A stretch of DNA of 64,000 bases from Promethearchaeota archaeon (GTDB lineage: Archaea > Asgardarchaeota > Lokiarchaeia > Sigyniarchaeales > SOKP01), in assembly GCA_048939995.1 (NCBI GenBank), contig JBHLOY010000002.1:160001-224000 (forward strand), written 5' to 3'. Positions 9,890 to 19,457 of this stretch are shown in pieces. A program made the position numbers and the translations under genes. The notes under the pieces were generated by a model. That model saw nothing but the letters and a program-made list of their open reading frames with translations. It searched no databases and was not told the DNA's origin. How positions within the stretch are numbered: the stretch's first letter is position 1; each line of letters begins with the position of its first letter.

Positions 9890-11178
9890 TATTTTTCACC
9901 CTTTATTTTTTCAATCATTCGAGATACAGGACGAGTCATACTACTATAGCGATCATAAATTTCAATTGGAATTCCAGTTTCTTCTCCTACCTGCCTCATT
10001 AACTCTAATCCCTGTTTTTCATTTGGACCTCCTCTCCTTACAAGAATCTTTACATTTGCTTTCTTTAGTTTGTCAACAGATTTCTTTATAGCATTTACAA
10101 TTCCCCCAAAAGTTGCTTTTACATCGGTAAAATTTGCAATTCCTCCACCAATAATCAAAAATTTATCTCCTTTTGGATTCGGATGTTCTGTAATAAGATC
10201 AATCAATGTTTGAGCATATATTTCAGTATGTTCCTGAGATGGATTTCCTGAATATTCTCCATAATTCCCCAATTCTTTCGAAAAACCGAGATCTGCAATA
10301 GTATCTGTATAAATAACTGAGGCTCCTCCACCAGCTACCATGGTCCATACATTGCCCTCTCTATTTAGAATTGTAAGCTTAAGGGAGGCTCCAGTTTTTT
10401 CATCCAATTCTTTTATTTTATTTTCTTCTGGACTCATCACCTGCCCGAATCCTGCGGGAAACTCAATAGGATTGCTTGGATTACCCCATGTATCAGTATG
10501 AAGAAATGCAGCAGTGTCATCTAACCGCGCTTTTACATCAAGTGGAACGACTTTATTGTCATGAGTAACTGCGAAAGGATTTATTTCTAAGAAAGTAAAA
10601 TCTTGATCTACAAATACTTGATACAAACCTTTAAAGAATGGAATTAAAACATCTTTTAAGTCTCCCAAATTGGGTAATTTCCTTTCTAAATCGAAGGAAG
10701 AGATATCGGTACCAATAGGGATGTGAATATGGGAAACCTTGTCCCAATTTTCCTCAATAAAAATACCCCCTTCAAAGCTAAAATGGATTATATCTCCTTC
10801 TCTATCAGAGGTTATTGATACATAATATTCCTTCTCATGTGGGATAAATGGTTCAATTAATAAACGTTTTAATGCTCCTCGTACATTGCCAATTTCACAA
10901 ACTCTATCTAAATTGTTATAACAGAAGTCCTTCATTTCATCACAATTTGCATCTAATAAGATTAAATTAGCTTTTCCTCGCTTCCCAAATAATTGGTCTG
11001 GTTTTGCTACAACTTTTTCTGTATTTAACCATGGATTTTCAGAAATAACTTTATCTATATCTGTGTCGCAATCGATTATAACCAATTTATTATGATAGTT
11101 AAATTCTGGATAAAACTTTGGCAGCTGAGTTGTTAGAAGTTTTTTAGCATCATATTCATAAATATTCTTTTGAGCCAA
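9889..11178 (-). CDS. aclB: ATP-citrate lyase beta subunit (ATP-grasp plus citrate-binding domain)
   Basis: KPDQLFGKRGK, LEINPF, MVAGGGASV, NYGEYSGNP, GGGIANFTDV, RRGGPN; TTG start with AGGAG upstream; stop overlaps the aclA start. Confidence 0.95.
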   Translation of the reverse strand: MAQKNIYEYDAKKLLTTQLPKFYPEFNYHNKLVIIDCDTDIDKVISENPWLNTEKVVAKPDQLFGKRGKANLILLDANCDEMKDFCYNNLDRVCEIGNVRGALKRLLIEPFIPHEKEYYVSITSDREGDIIHFSFEGGIFIEENWDKVSHIHIPIGTDISSFDLERKLPNLGDLKDVLIPFFKGLYQVFVDQDFTFLEINPFAVTHDNKVVPLDVKARLDDTAAFLHTDTWGNPSNPIEFPAGFGQVMSPEENKIKELDEKTGASLKLTILNREGNVWTMVAGGGASVIYTDTIADLGFSKELGNYGEYSGNPSQEHTEIYAQTLIDLITEHPNPKGDKFLIIGGGIANFTDVKATFGGIVNAIKKSVDKLKKANVKILVRRGGPNEKQGLELMRQVGEETGIPIEIYDRYSSMTRPVSRMIEKIKGEK

Positions 11179-11243
11179 TTTCTTTATTCTCCTAAATTTT
11201 AAGCAATATTTTATAAAATATACTAATATGTGTAGAGTAAGTT

Positions 11244-11302
11244 TTTATAAAAATTTTTCCCACATCTCTTATATGGGAAGAACTTCCCTTTTCATTGGGG
11301 AA
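11244..11302 (-). promoter_or_regulatory. aclBA promoter (TATA/BRE) with adjacent TTCCC/GGGAA inverted repeats
   Basis: Minus strand reads GGGAAAAATTTTTATAAAA about 65-80 nt upstream of aclB. Palindromic elements: ttcccacat-N5-atatgggaa (11257-11279), gggaag-aa-cttccc (11275-11288) and ttccc-N9-gggaa (11284-11302). Confidence 0.45.
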
Positions 11303-11411
11303 AGTGTAAAACTCGTTTAAAATTTTAAAGATTTTAACAAAAAGAAAATGAAAACTGGCTCGAAATAATAAATTTATTTATAAGATTGTATGTCTAATGT
11401 TAATGAGATAC

Positions 11412-12020
11412 TCACTTTCTTACAATATAATCTATTATACAAGTACGTTCGGTATTAAAGTACTTTCCTTTTAAAACATGTTTTTTTTCCTTATAAAGGA
11501 TCTCAAAATTATCAAAAAACATATCGGGTTCATCATCATCATAATAACTATGCAAATATTCTTCGTTTCCATGTTTACTAATTATTTCACCAGAATTAGA
11601 TTCTTCATTTTCGTTGAACCAAATATCATCTTTTGAAAGAAAGTTGAGATAACATAAGCCTCCTTTAGTTAATACACGGCATATCTCATTAATAGCTTGA
11701 TTTGTGTCATTTTTGCTTAAGTGGACCATAGAAAGGTAAGAATATACGTAACCAAAGAAATTAGAGTCAAAAGGTATATTCCTCATATCTCCTTTAATTA
11801 TATTTAACTTTATATCATTCACTTTGCAAAAATCTTCTGTTTTCTTTATCTCTTCCTCAGAGATATCAATACCATATGTTTCAAAACCATTTTCATAGAA
11901 AAAAGCAAGCTTAGGACTGGAACCCCCAGCACCACAATCCAATATTCTTTTGACAACTGGATTTAACTGAATAAATCTTAGAAAAACGTATAACGAAGTT
12001 GGATAGAATTTTTTAATCAT
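11412..12020 (-). CDS. class I SAM-dependent methyltransferase
   Basis: Motif I ILDCGAGG, YGIDIS, GDMRNIPF, RVLTKGG. Confidence 0.88.
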   Translation of the reverse strand: MIKKFYPTSLYVFLRFIQLNPVVKRILDCGAGGSSPKLAFFYENGFETYGIDISEEEIKKTEDFCKVNDIKLNIIKGDMRNIPFDSNFFGYVYSYLSMVHLSKNDTNQAINEICRVLTKGGLCYLNFLSKDDIWFNENEESNSGEIISKHGNEEYLHSYYDDDEPDMFFDNFEILYKEKKHVLKGKYFNTERTCIIDYIVRK

Positions 12021-12042
12021 TTTTAAAGAAATTTTGGGTAGT

Positions 12043-12903
12043 TTATAAAATTTCTTTAATTAAATGAGGAATATCCCAAGGAGTATCCGCAACATAAACT
12101 CCAGCGTTCTTTAAGGCTTTATTTTTTCCCTCCGCAGTCCCAAAATCACCAGAAATAATAGCGCCCGCATGACCCATTCTTTTTCCCTCAGGAGCGTTCT
12201 TTCCAGCAATATATGCTATAATAGGTTTATTTACGCTACTCTTTATGTAGTCTGCAGTTTTTTCTTCTTCATCACTTCCTATTTCTCCAATTAAAACAAT
12301 TAGTTTTGTATTTTCATCTTCAACATAATATTCAACAGCTTCTTTCATAGTTGTACCTCTAACTGGATCTCCCCCAATACCAATGTAGGCTGATACTCCA
12401 ATGCCCTGATCTCCGATAAATTTTGTTATTTCATATGAAAGAGTTCCACTTTTGGATATTATAGCAACATCTCCAAATTTACATATATCATCGGGCATAA
12501 TACCTAGTTTAATTTTTTCTGGTATTAACATTCCTGGACAATTAGGGCCAATCACGTGTAAATTTCGCTTATTTGCTATTTCTACTATTCGAAGCATATC
12601 AAAAACTGGCACATTTTCAGTTATAATTGTAGTACTTTTTATTCCTGCCAAGAGGCTTTCTTTAACAGCTCCAAATGCGAATCTAGCAGGTACAAATACG
12701 ATACTTGTATCACATCCAGTAATTTCTTTTGCCTCCTTGACTTTATCAAATACAGGAACACCTAATACTTCTTGCCCCCCTTTTCCTGGAGTTACTCCAG
12801 CAACGATATTAGTACCATACTTTAACATCAATTCAGTATGAAAATTTCCTTGATATCCTGTTATTCCTTGTACAAGAACTCTTGAATTTTCGTTAATATA
12901 CAT
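12043..12903 (-). CDS. sucD: succinyl-CoA synthetase alpha subunit
   Basis: VLVQGITG, AGVTPGKGG, IGPNCPG, SKSGTLSYE, phospho-His motif RMGHAGA. Confidence 0.95.
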   Translation of the reverse strand: MYINENSRVLVQGITGYQGNFHTELMLKYGTNIVAGVTPGKGGQEVLGVPVFDKVKEAKEITGCDTSIVFVPARFAFGAVKESLLAGIKSTTIITENVPVFDMLRIVEIANKRNLHVIGPNCPGMLIPEKIKLGIMPDDICKFGDVAIISKSGTLSYEITKFIGDQGIGVSAYIGIGGDPVRGTTMKEAVEYYVEDENTKLIVLIGEIGSDEEEKTADYIKSSVNKPIIAYIAGKNAPEGKRMGHAGAIISGDFGTAEGKNKALKNAGVYVADTPWDIPHLIKEIL

Positions 12904-12906
12904 ACT

Positions 12907-14028
12907 TTATTTCAAAACCTCCTTAACCTTATTTACAGCTTCCAATACATCTTGATATGCATTAATTCCTTTACTTTTGAGGATTGAGATTCCTTCTTTA
13001 TCTTTTGTACCAGTTAATCTAATAACCATTGGAGGAGTGTTTTGAAAATCATTTAAAGCTTGGATTATTGCTTCAGCAACAATATCACATCTCGTAATAC
13101 CACCAAAAATGTTAATTAGAATTGCTTTCGGTTCTAATTTGAATAATAGCTCTAAAGCCTTATACACTCGTTCCTTACTAGCTCCACCCCCTACATCTAA
13201 AAAATTTGCGGGCTTTAAATCCTTATTAGCTAAGAGATCTAAAAGAGCCATTGTTAAACCTGCTCCATTAGCCAATATTCCAATATCTCCTTCTAATTCC
13301 ACAAATGAAAATCCTGCTTTCTTTGCATCGTATTCTAATATTGAAAGCTTCTTTTCTTGTAACTCTCTTATGATGGGTTGCCGAAAAGCTGCATCATCAT
13401 CCAAGATCATTTTACCATCAACTGCAATTAATCCAGTGGAAGTTAAAACTAGTGGGTTTATCTCTACTAATTGTGCTTCCAATTCAGTGGTTATTTTCCA
13501 TAAACGAAGAAAAATCTCTTTAATTGAATCTAGAAGAGAATCCCTAAATCCTAACATTTTCCCCATATTTAAAGCCAATTCTGGGGTCAAACCGACATTA
13601 ATAGAGAAACCTTCCTTGATAATTGCATCTGGATTATTCTTGGACACCTCTTCAATATCAATACCCCCTTCCTTACTAGCTATTGCGAAAAATTGTTTCC
13701 CTGATGCATCCAATGCTATAGAGATATAATATTCATTTTGAATGTTTACTAACTCTTCAATTAAAACTGCTTCTACATTAAATCCATTAACTTTCTTTTC
13801 CAAAAAATCTGAAACCAAATTGAAAGCTTCATCTTTTGATTTAGCAACCTTAATCAAACCAGCCTTCTTTCGACTACCAATCGCTATTTGTGCTTTAATT
13901 ATTGCGGGAAAGTTAAAACGGTTGACTTTTTCTTTTATATTGTCTTCCTTTAAGATAACAATACGTTCTGCTAAAGGAATCTTAAATTTTTCGAAAATAT
14001 TCTTACTTTCAAATTCTAATAAACGTAT
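12907..14028 (-). CDS. sucC: succinyl-CoA synthetase beta subunit (373 aa, apparent ATA start)
   Basis: The track ORF (12907-13857) lacks the N-terminus. The frame stays open 57 more codons (IRLLEFESKNIFEKFKIP..IIKAQIAIGSRKKAG), matching the SucC N-terminus, and begins at ATA 14028 with an in-frame TGA three codons upstream. Internal motifs: GGIDIEEV, EINPL, NGAGL, PANFLDVGGG, NIFGGITRCD. Confidence 0.9.
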   Translation of the reverse strand: MRLLEFESKNIFEKFKIPLAERIVILKEDNIKEKVNRFNFPAIIKAQIAIGSRKKAGLIKVAKSKDEAFNLVSDFLEKKVNGFNVEAVLIEELVNIQNEYYISIALDASGKQFFAIASKEGGIDIEEVSKNNPDAIIKEGFSINVGLTPELALNMGKMLGFRDSLLDSIKEIFLRLWKITTELEAQLVEINPLVLTSTGLIAVDGKMILDDDAAFRQPIIRELQEKKLSILEYDAKKAGFSFVELEGDIGILANGAGLTMALLDLLANKDLKPANFLDVGGGASKERVYKALELLFKLEPKAILINIFGGITRCDIVAEAIIQALNDFQNTPPMVIRLTGTKDKEGISILKSKGINAYQDVLEAVNKVKEVLK

Positions 14029-14226
14029 TTTTGATCAACTGTTAGATATCACTTACAATCTAATCATCATTTACGTCCATTTCCTAATAAAACTATTTCT
14101 AATAATCTATAAAATAGAATTAATTCCTTCAAAAATCCTTATAATCTATAAAAAAAGGCTTTTTATCTCTCTGATTACCTAGTTAATATATCTAAATTTA
14201 CTGATTTTTGGTAAAATTATTTTATT

Positions 14227-15960
14227 ATGCAATCAGAACTCAATAAACAAGATATTTCGATTGTTTTATGTGGAGCTGCAGGACAAGGAATTCAAACTGT
14301 AGAAGAATTACTGACAAAAACCCTAAATAGGTCTGGTTATTATGTATTTGCTACTAGAGAATATATGTCTAGGGTGCGGGGTGGAGTAAATTCGACGGCG
14401 ATTCGGGTATCTGATAAACCTGTCAGAGCTTTCGTTGAAAGAATTGACATTTTATTCCCTTTAACTGATCAGGCAGTTCCTCATCTTAAAGAGCGAATTA
14501 AAGCTAATACGATCATTATAGGAGAGAAAAGATTTGTTAATACTATGCCCGAATTAGGTGGTAATCGAATAGAAGTTCCATTTTTAGATATTTCAAACGA
14601 AATTGGAGGAAAAATCTATGCTAATATCATTGCTCTGGGAGCTCTTTTAAATATTTTGAATGCAGATAAATTAGAACTAGAAACACTAATAACAAAAAAC
14701 TTCCAACAAAAAGGACAAAATATTGTAGAAAATAATAAAAAAGCGGTAAATAAAGGTTATGAAATTGCTGATGAGCTTTTAAAGAAAGGCTCTCTTAATC
14801 TTAATATCGCTATTAGTAAAGATAATAATATAATAAACGACTACATCCTTGATGGAACTAAGGCTATAGGGTTAGGTGCAATTCGAGGAGGAGTTAATTA
14901 TGCATGTTTTTATCCAATGGCTCCTTCTACGGGAATTGGTACTTTCTTGGCTCAACATGCTTTAGAATTTGGAATGATCATCGATCAGTCTGAAGATGAA
15001 TTAAGTGTAATTAACAAAGTTTTGGGTGCGTCTTATGTGGGAGCAAGAGCATTTGTATCTACCGCTGGTGGGGGCTTTTCTCTAATGTCAGAAGGTGTAA
15101 GTTTAGCTGGTATGGCAGAATTACCAATTGTAATTGTAGTAGGGCAAAGACCTGGACCTGCTACGGGAATGCCAACACGCACTTGTCAAGAAGATATAGA
15201 ATTAGTGTTATATGCTGGTGCGGGATATTTTCCAAGAATCATATTTGCTCCCGGAACTATTGAGGATTTGTTCTTACTGACTCAAAAGGCTTTTAATTTA
15301 ACCCAACAATTCCATGTACCTGTGTTCATTTTAACTGATCAGTATATTAACGATTCCTATTATAATATTAAATCTTTAGATTATGATAATTTGGAAAATG
15401 AAAAGTACATAGTTAAATCTGATGAAGATTATGAAAGATATATTTTTACAGAAAATGGAGTATCTCCTCGCAGTGTACCGGGGTATGGAAATGGACTTGT
15501 TGATGCAGATAGCCATACACACGATGACTTTGGAAATATTACAGAAGATCCAATTTTAAGAAATAAAGCTGTCCAGAAGAGACTTAAAAAGCTTGAATCG
15601 ATCAAAAAAGAAATTATAGCTCCAGAATTTTTGGGCAATGTAAATTTCAAATATCTAATAATTAGTTGGGGTAGCAATTATTATTTAATTAAGGAGGCAT
15701 TAGAAATCCTTAATAGAGACGATGTTGGATTCCTACATTTTAAACAAATTTGCCCCGTGCATCCAAGTACATTGGATTATCTTATTAAAGCAGAAAAGAA
15801 AATCTCAATTGAACAAAATCCCACAGGTCAGTTTGCAAAACTCCTTGAAAATGAATTTCATATAAACATGAATCATCAGATAACAAAATATAGTGGTTAT
15901 GTTTTTTCTATTGAAGAGATTGTAAGAGAATTAAGAAAATATATTGAGAGTGATGTATAG
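14227..15960 (+). CDS. korA: 2-oxoacid:ferredoxin oxidoreductase alpha subunit (gamma-alpha fusion), probably 2-oxoglutarate-specific
   Basis: [38 protein letters not shown]; substrate is inferred from the TCA context. Confidence 0.85.
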   Translation: MQSELNKQDISIVLCGAAGQGIQTVEELLTKTLNRSGYYVFATREYMSRVRGGVNSTAIRVSDKPVRAFVERIDILFPLTDQAVPHLKERIKANTIIIGEKRFVNTMPELGGNRIEVPFLDISNEIGGKIYANIIALGALLNILNADKLELETLITKNFQQKGQNIVENNKKAVNKGYEIADELLKKGSLNLNIAISKDNNIINDYILDGTKAIGLGAIRGGVNYACFYPMAPSTGIGTFLAQHALEFGMIIDQSEDELSVINKVLGASYVGARAFVSTAGGGFSLMSEGVSLAGMAELPIVIVVGQRPGPATGMPTRTCQEDIELVLYAGAGYFPRIIFAPGTIEDLFLLTQKAFNLTQQFHVPVFILTDQYINDSYYNIKSLDYDNLENEKYIVKSDEDYERYIFTENGVSPRSVPGYGNGLVDADSHTHDDFGNITEDPILRNKAVQKRLKKLESIKKEIIAPEFLGNVNFKYLIISWGSNYYLIKEALEILNRDDVGFLHFKQICPVHPSTLDYLIKAEKKISIEQNPTGQFAKLLENEFHINMNHQITKYSGYVFSIEEIVRELRKYIESDV

Positions 15961-16817
15961 TGTCCAATAGTGAATATGAATTGGATATAGAAATTCATTG
16001 GTGCCCTGGATGTGGAAACTATATTGCTTTACGTATATTAAAGGAGACTTTAATAGAATTAAACTTAAAACCTCAAGATTTGGTAATTGTGTCTGGTATT
16101 GGTCAGGCTGGTAAATTCCCACATTTTATGAAGTCTCAAAGCTTTAATGGATTGCACGGAAGATATTTATCAAATGCATTAGGAATTAAGGCGGCTAATC
16201 CCAGTTTGACTGTAATTGCAATAAGCGGGGACGGTTGTACATATAGTGAAGGAGGAAACCATTTTATTCATACCATCAGATATAACCCTGATATTGTAAA
16301 CATCGTGCATAATAATCAAGTTTACGGTTTAACAAAAGGTCAAGCGTCACCCACTAGTTTGCTAGGATTTAGGACAAAAGTGCAAGTTTTTGGGGTTATT
16401 AATGAACCTTTTAATCCACTAGCTGTAGCTATTTCACTAAATGCGTCATTTGTAGCCAGAGCATTTGTTGGAGATATAGAAAAGGCGAAAGAAATCTATA
16501 AAAAAGCAATTGAACATAAGGGATATGCCCTAATTGATTTATTATGTCCTTGTGTTACCTTCAATCATGTAAATACTTTTCAATGGTACAAAGAAAACAG
16601 CTATTACATCGATGAGGCCCACGATCCATATGATCAAAATAAAGCAATGAATTTAGCTTTAGATTCAAAAAAACTTGCATTAGGAGTGCTTTATATTAGT
16701 CCTAATAAACGTCCCTATGAAGAAAATGTTCAAATCTATAAACAAGATAAACGTCCCCTATACCAAAGAGAATTAGATATTTCTAAATTTAAAAAGTTAA
16801 TAGAATCTTTTCGTTAG
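15960..16817 (+). CDS. korB: 2-oxoacid:ferredoxin oxidoreductase beta (TPP-binding) subunit
   Basis: WCPGCGN, SGIGQ, LHGR, TPP motif [22 protein letters not shown]; GTG start overlaps the korA stop. Confidence 0.88.
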   Translation: MSNSEYELDIEIHWCPGCGNYIALRILKETLIELNLKPQDLVIVSGIGQAGKFPHFMKSQSFNGLHGRYLSNALGIKAANPSLTVIAISGDGCTYSEGGNHFIHTIRYNPDIVNIVHNNQVYGLTKGQASPTSLLGFRTKVQVFGVINEPFNPLAVAISLNASFVARAFVGDIEKAKEIYKKAIEHKGYALIDLLCPCVTFNHVNTFQWYKENSYYIDEAHDPYDQNKAMNLALDSKKLALGVLYISPNKRPYEENVQIYKQDKRPLYQRELDISKFKKLIESFR

Positions 16818-16841
16818 TTATATGAATTTGATGTAAAAAAC

Positions 16842-18554
16842 ATGAAGATCGAAGAATTTGATGTTGTAATAGTTGGAGCAGGTTTAAGCGGTTTAAGAGC
16901 AGGATTAGAATTATCCTCTCATTGGAATACCGCCATAATTAGTAAAGTATATCCTGTTCGGAGTCATTCTGGAGCCGCTCAAGGAGGTATTAATGCGGCT
17001 TTAGGTAATTTAGTAGAAGCGAAAAATGACAGTCCAAAAAAACACGCATTTGATACAGTAAAAGGATCTGATTATCTAGCAGATCACGATGTCGTTATGT
17101 TTATGTGTGAAGAAGCTCCTAAAATTGTTATCGAATTTGAAAGTATGGGTGCTCCCTTTTCTAGATTAGAAAGTGGCTTAATTGCACAACGCCCATTTGG
17201 TGGAGCTGGTTTTCCACGTACTTGTTATGCTGGTGATCGTACAGGTCATACTCTTTTACACACTCTTAATGAGCAATGTGTCCGGAATGGAATCAATTTT
17301 TTTGATGAGTTTTTTTTAATAGATTTAATTGAAGTTGAAAACAAAATTGCAGGATTAATCGCATTAGAAATTACTACGGGAGATTTAGTCTCTTTTCGAG
17401 CACCTTATATCATTTTAGCTAGTGGAGGATTTGGGAGGATATTTAAGCAGTCAACTAATGCAATGATCAATACTGGTGACGGTGTGGGAGCTGCTTTTCG
17501 CTTGGGTATTCCTATGCAAGATGTCGAATTTGTTCAGTTCCACCCTACCACCTTGTATGGATCTAATATACTTATAACGGAAGGTGCAAGAGGAGAGGGT
17601 GGATATCTATTTAATAAAGAACAAGAACGATTTATGCGTAATCTTGCACCAGATGCTATGGAATTAGCTCCAAGAGACATTGTTGCTAGAGCAATAGAAA
17701 CTGAAATTAATGAAGGAAGGGGGCATAAGAATGCTTATGTGTATTTAGATCTTACCCATCTGGGCGCTGAAAAAATCAAACAGAGACTTCCAGGAATTCG
17801 GGAAATTAGTATTTATTTTGCAGGAATAGATCCTATTGAAGCTCCAATACCAGTACAACCTGGACAACATTATTCGATGGGTGGTATTAGCACAAAATAT
17901 AATGGTGACTATGGTGAGACTGACCTTCCAGGATTATATACGATTGGAGAAAATTCTTGTTTGTCCGTTCATGGAGCCAATAGGCTGGGGGGAAATTCAC
18001 TATTAGAAACTTCTGTATTTGGGAGATATATAGGTAGATTATTACAAAAGAAAGGGCTTCCTAGGAAAATCTCATCCGATAAGATTCAAAAAAAAGAAGA
18101 AAAACTGATTACTAATATCGAATCACAATTTAAACAATGGGATACAAATGAAGGCAAAAAGCCTGTTGAAATAAGAAATAAAATGAAAGAAGTGATGACT
18201 AATAATGTTGGAGTATATAGGAATCATGTAAAATTACAAGAAGCTGTTAATTTATTAAGAGAATTACAGAGGGAATTCTTAGATGTTCATATTCTAACTG
18301 ATGATCGCAAATTTAATTATGGATTAATTAGAACTTTAGAATTAAGAAATATGCTTGATATAGCAGAAGCAACCGCATCAGTAGCATTATGGAGGAAAGA
18401 AAGTCGAGGTGCACATTACAGAATAGATTTTAAAAAAAGAGATGATCAAAATTTCTTGGTCCATTCTTTAGTTTATAGAGTTAAAAATAAATTAGAGATT
18501 AGGACTAAACCCGTTAGATTAGGAATATTTGAAGTGAAGGAGAGGAAATACTGA
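16842..18554 (+). CDS. sdhA: succinate dehydrogenase/fumarate reductase flavoprotein subunit
   Basis: GAGLSG, covalent-FAD His motif RSHSGAAQGG, QFHPT, LITEGARGEGG, HYSMGG, HGANRLGGNSL, ESRGAHYR. Confidence 0.95.
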   Translation: MKIEEFDVVIVGAGLSGLRAGLELSSHWNTAIISKVYPVRSHSGAAQGGINAALGNLVEAKNDSPKKHAFDTVKGSDYLADHDVVMFMCEEAPKIVIEFESMGAPFSRLESGLIAQRPFGGAGFPRTCYAGDRTGHTLLHTLNEQCVRNGINFFDEFFLIDLIEVENKIAGLIALEITTGDLVSFRAPYIILASGGFGRIFKQSTNAMINTGDGVGAAFRLGIPMQDVEFVQFHPTTLYGSNILITEGARGEGGYLFNKEQERFMRNLAPDAMELAPRDIVARAIETEINEGRGHKNAYVYLDLTHLGAEKIKQRLPGIREISIYFAGIDPIEAPIPVQPGQHYSMGGISTKYNGDYGETDLPGLYTIGENSCLSVHGANRLGGNSLLETSVFGRYIGRLLQKKGLPRKISSDKIQKKEEKLITNIESQFKQWDTNEGKKPVEIRNKMKEVMTNNVGVYRNHVKLQEAVNLLRELQREFLDVHILTDDRKFNYGLIRTLELRNMLDIAEATASVALWRKESRGAHYRIDFKKRDDQNFLVHSLVYRVKNKLEIRTKPVRLGIFEVKERKY

Positions 18555-19315
18555 TGAGTGAAGAGAAAACATTTTTAGTATATCGGAATTCAGGAAAAGG
18601 AGATATTCGTTATGAACGATACACTGTTCCTGTATTTAAAGGAATGAGTGTTTTAGAAGCGCTTTTTTATATCCAAGATTACTATGATTCTACTCTAGCT
18701 TTTCGATATGCTTGTAGAGGGGCAATATGTGGTTCATGTGGAATGACAATAGATAAGATCCCATTATTGGCATGTAGGAGTCAAATATCTACATTAAAAT
18801 CATATAAAAAACCCATCAATTTACCGCATTTCGATTTTGGAACTAATTTAAACTGGGATAGTGAGAATGAGATTTTGGTTGAGCCTTTACCTAATATGAT
18901 TATAATAAAAGACTTAGTAGTGGATATGGATACCTTCTGGAATTTTTATAAAGAAGTCGAACCTTACTTTTCAAGAGAATGGAATGATATTGCTTCAGAA
19001 TCAAAGCAATCTCCAAAAGATATGAAAATCATTGAGCGATATGTTTATTGCATTTTATGTGGACTTTGTTGGGCTTGTCCTGTAAATAAGAAAAATAAAA
19101 ATTACTTAGGACCTGCTCAACTAGCAAAAGCAAATCGATTTATTGAAGATACAAGATTAACAGAAGATAGAAGAAAAAGAATCACATTACGAATCTCTAA
19201 GGATGATGCTGTACCTGCTTGTGAACAATATTTCGTCTGCAATAGGGTTTGTCCTAAACAAGTTATGCCAGGAACAGCAATAAAAGAATTAAGGGATAAC
19301 TGGATTAAAAAATAA
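18554..19315 (+). CDS. sdhB: succinate dehydrogenase/fumarate reductase iron-sulfur subunit
   Basis: ACRGAICGSC..LAC (2Fe-2S), IKDLVVD, CILCGLCWACP and CEQYFVCNRVCP. Confidence 0.92.
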   Translation: MSEEKTFLVYRNSGKGDIRYERYTVPVFKGMSVLEALFYIQDYYDSTLAFRYACRGAICGSCGMTIDKIPLLACRSQISTLKSYKKPINLPHFDFGTNLNWDSENEILVEPLPNMIIIKDLVVDMDTFWNFYKEVEPYFSREWNDIASESKQSPKDMKIIERYVYCILCGLCWACPVNKKNKNYLGPAQLAKANRFIEDTRLTEDRRKRITLRISKDDAVPACEQYFVCNRVCPKQVMPGTAIKELRDNWIKK

Positions 19316-19457
19316 TTGAATTCAACTAAGGTTTTCAAACAAATTTTAATTTTATAGGATATTTTGAAAGATCTTATTATAATGTATTAGTAAAAAGTTT
19401 TTTTATATCTCCATTTAATGATAGCTTAAGAAGAATCAAATGTTAAAATGAATAAAA

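Noticed and set aside
8054-11178. Claim that ACL proves autotrophic CO2 fixation
   Set aside because: ACL is reversible and also occurs in heterotrophs; direction cannot be read from sequence, and a flavin-linked malate step would favour oxidation.
12452-14182. Plus-strand ORFs 12452-12841, 13109-13729 and 13742-14182
   Set aside because: Antisense shadows of sucD/sucC with no motifs; the minus-strand genes are unambiguous.
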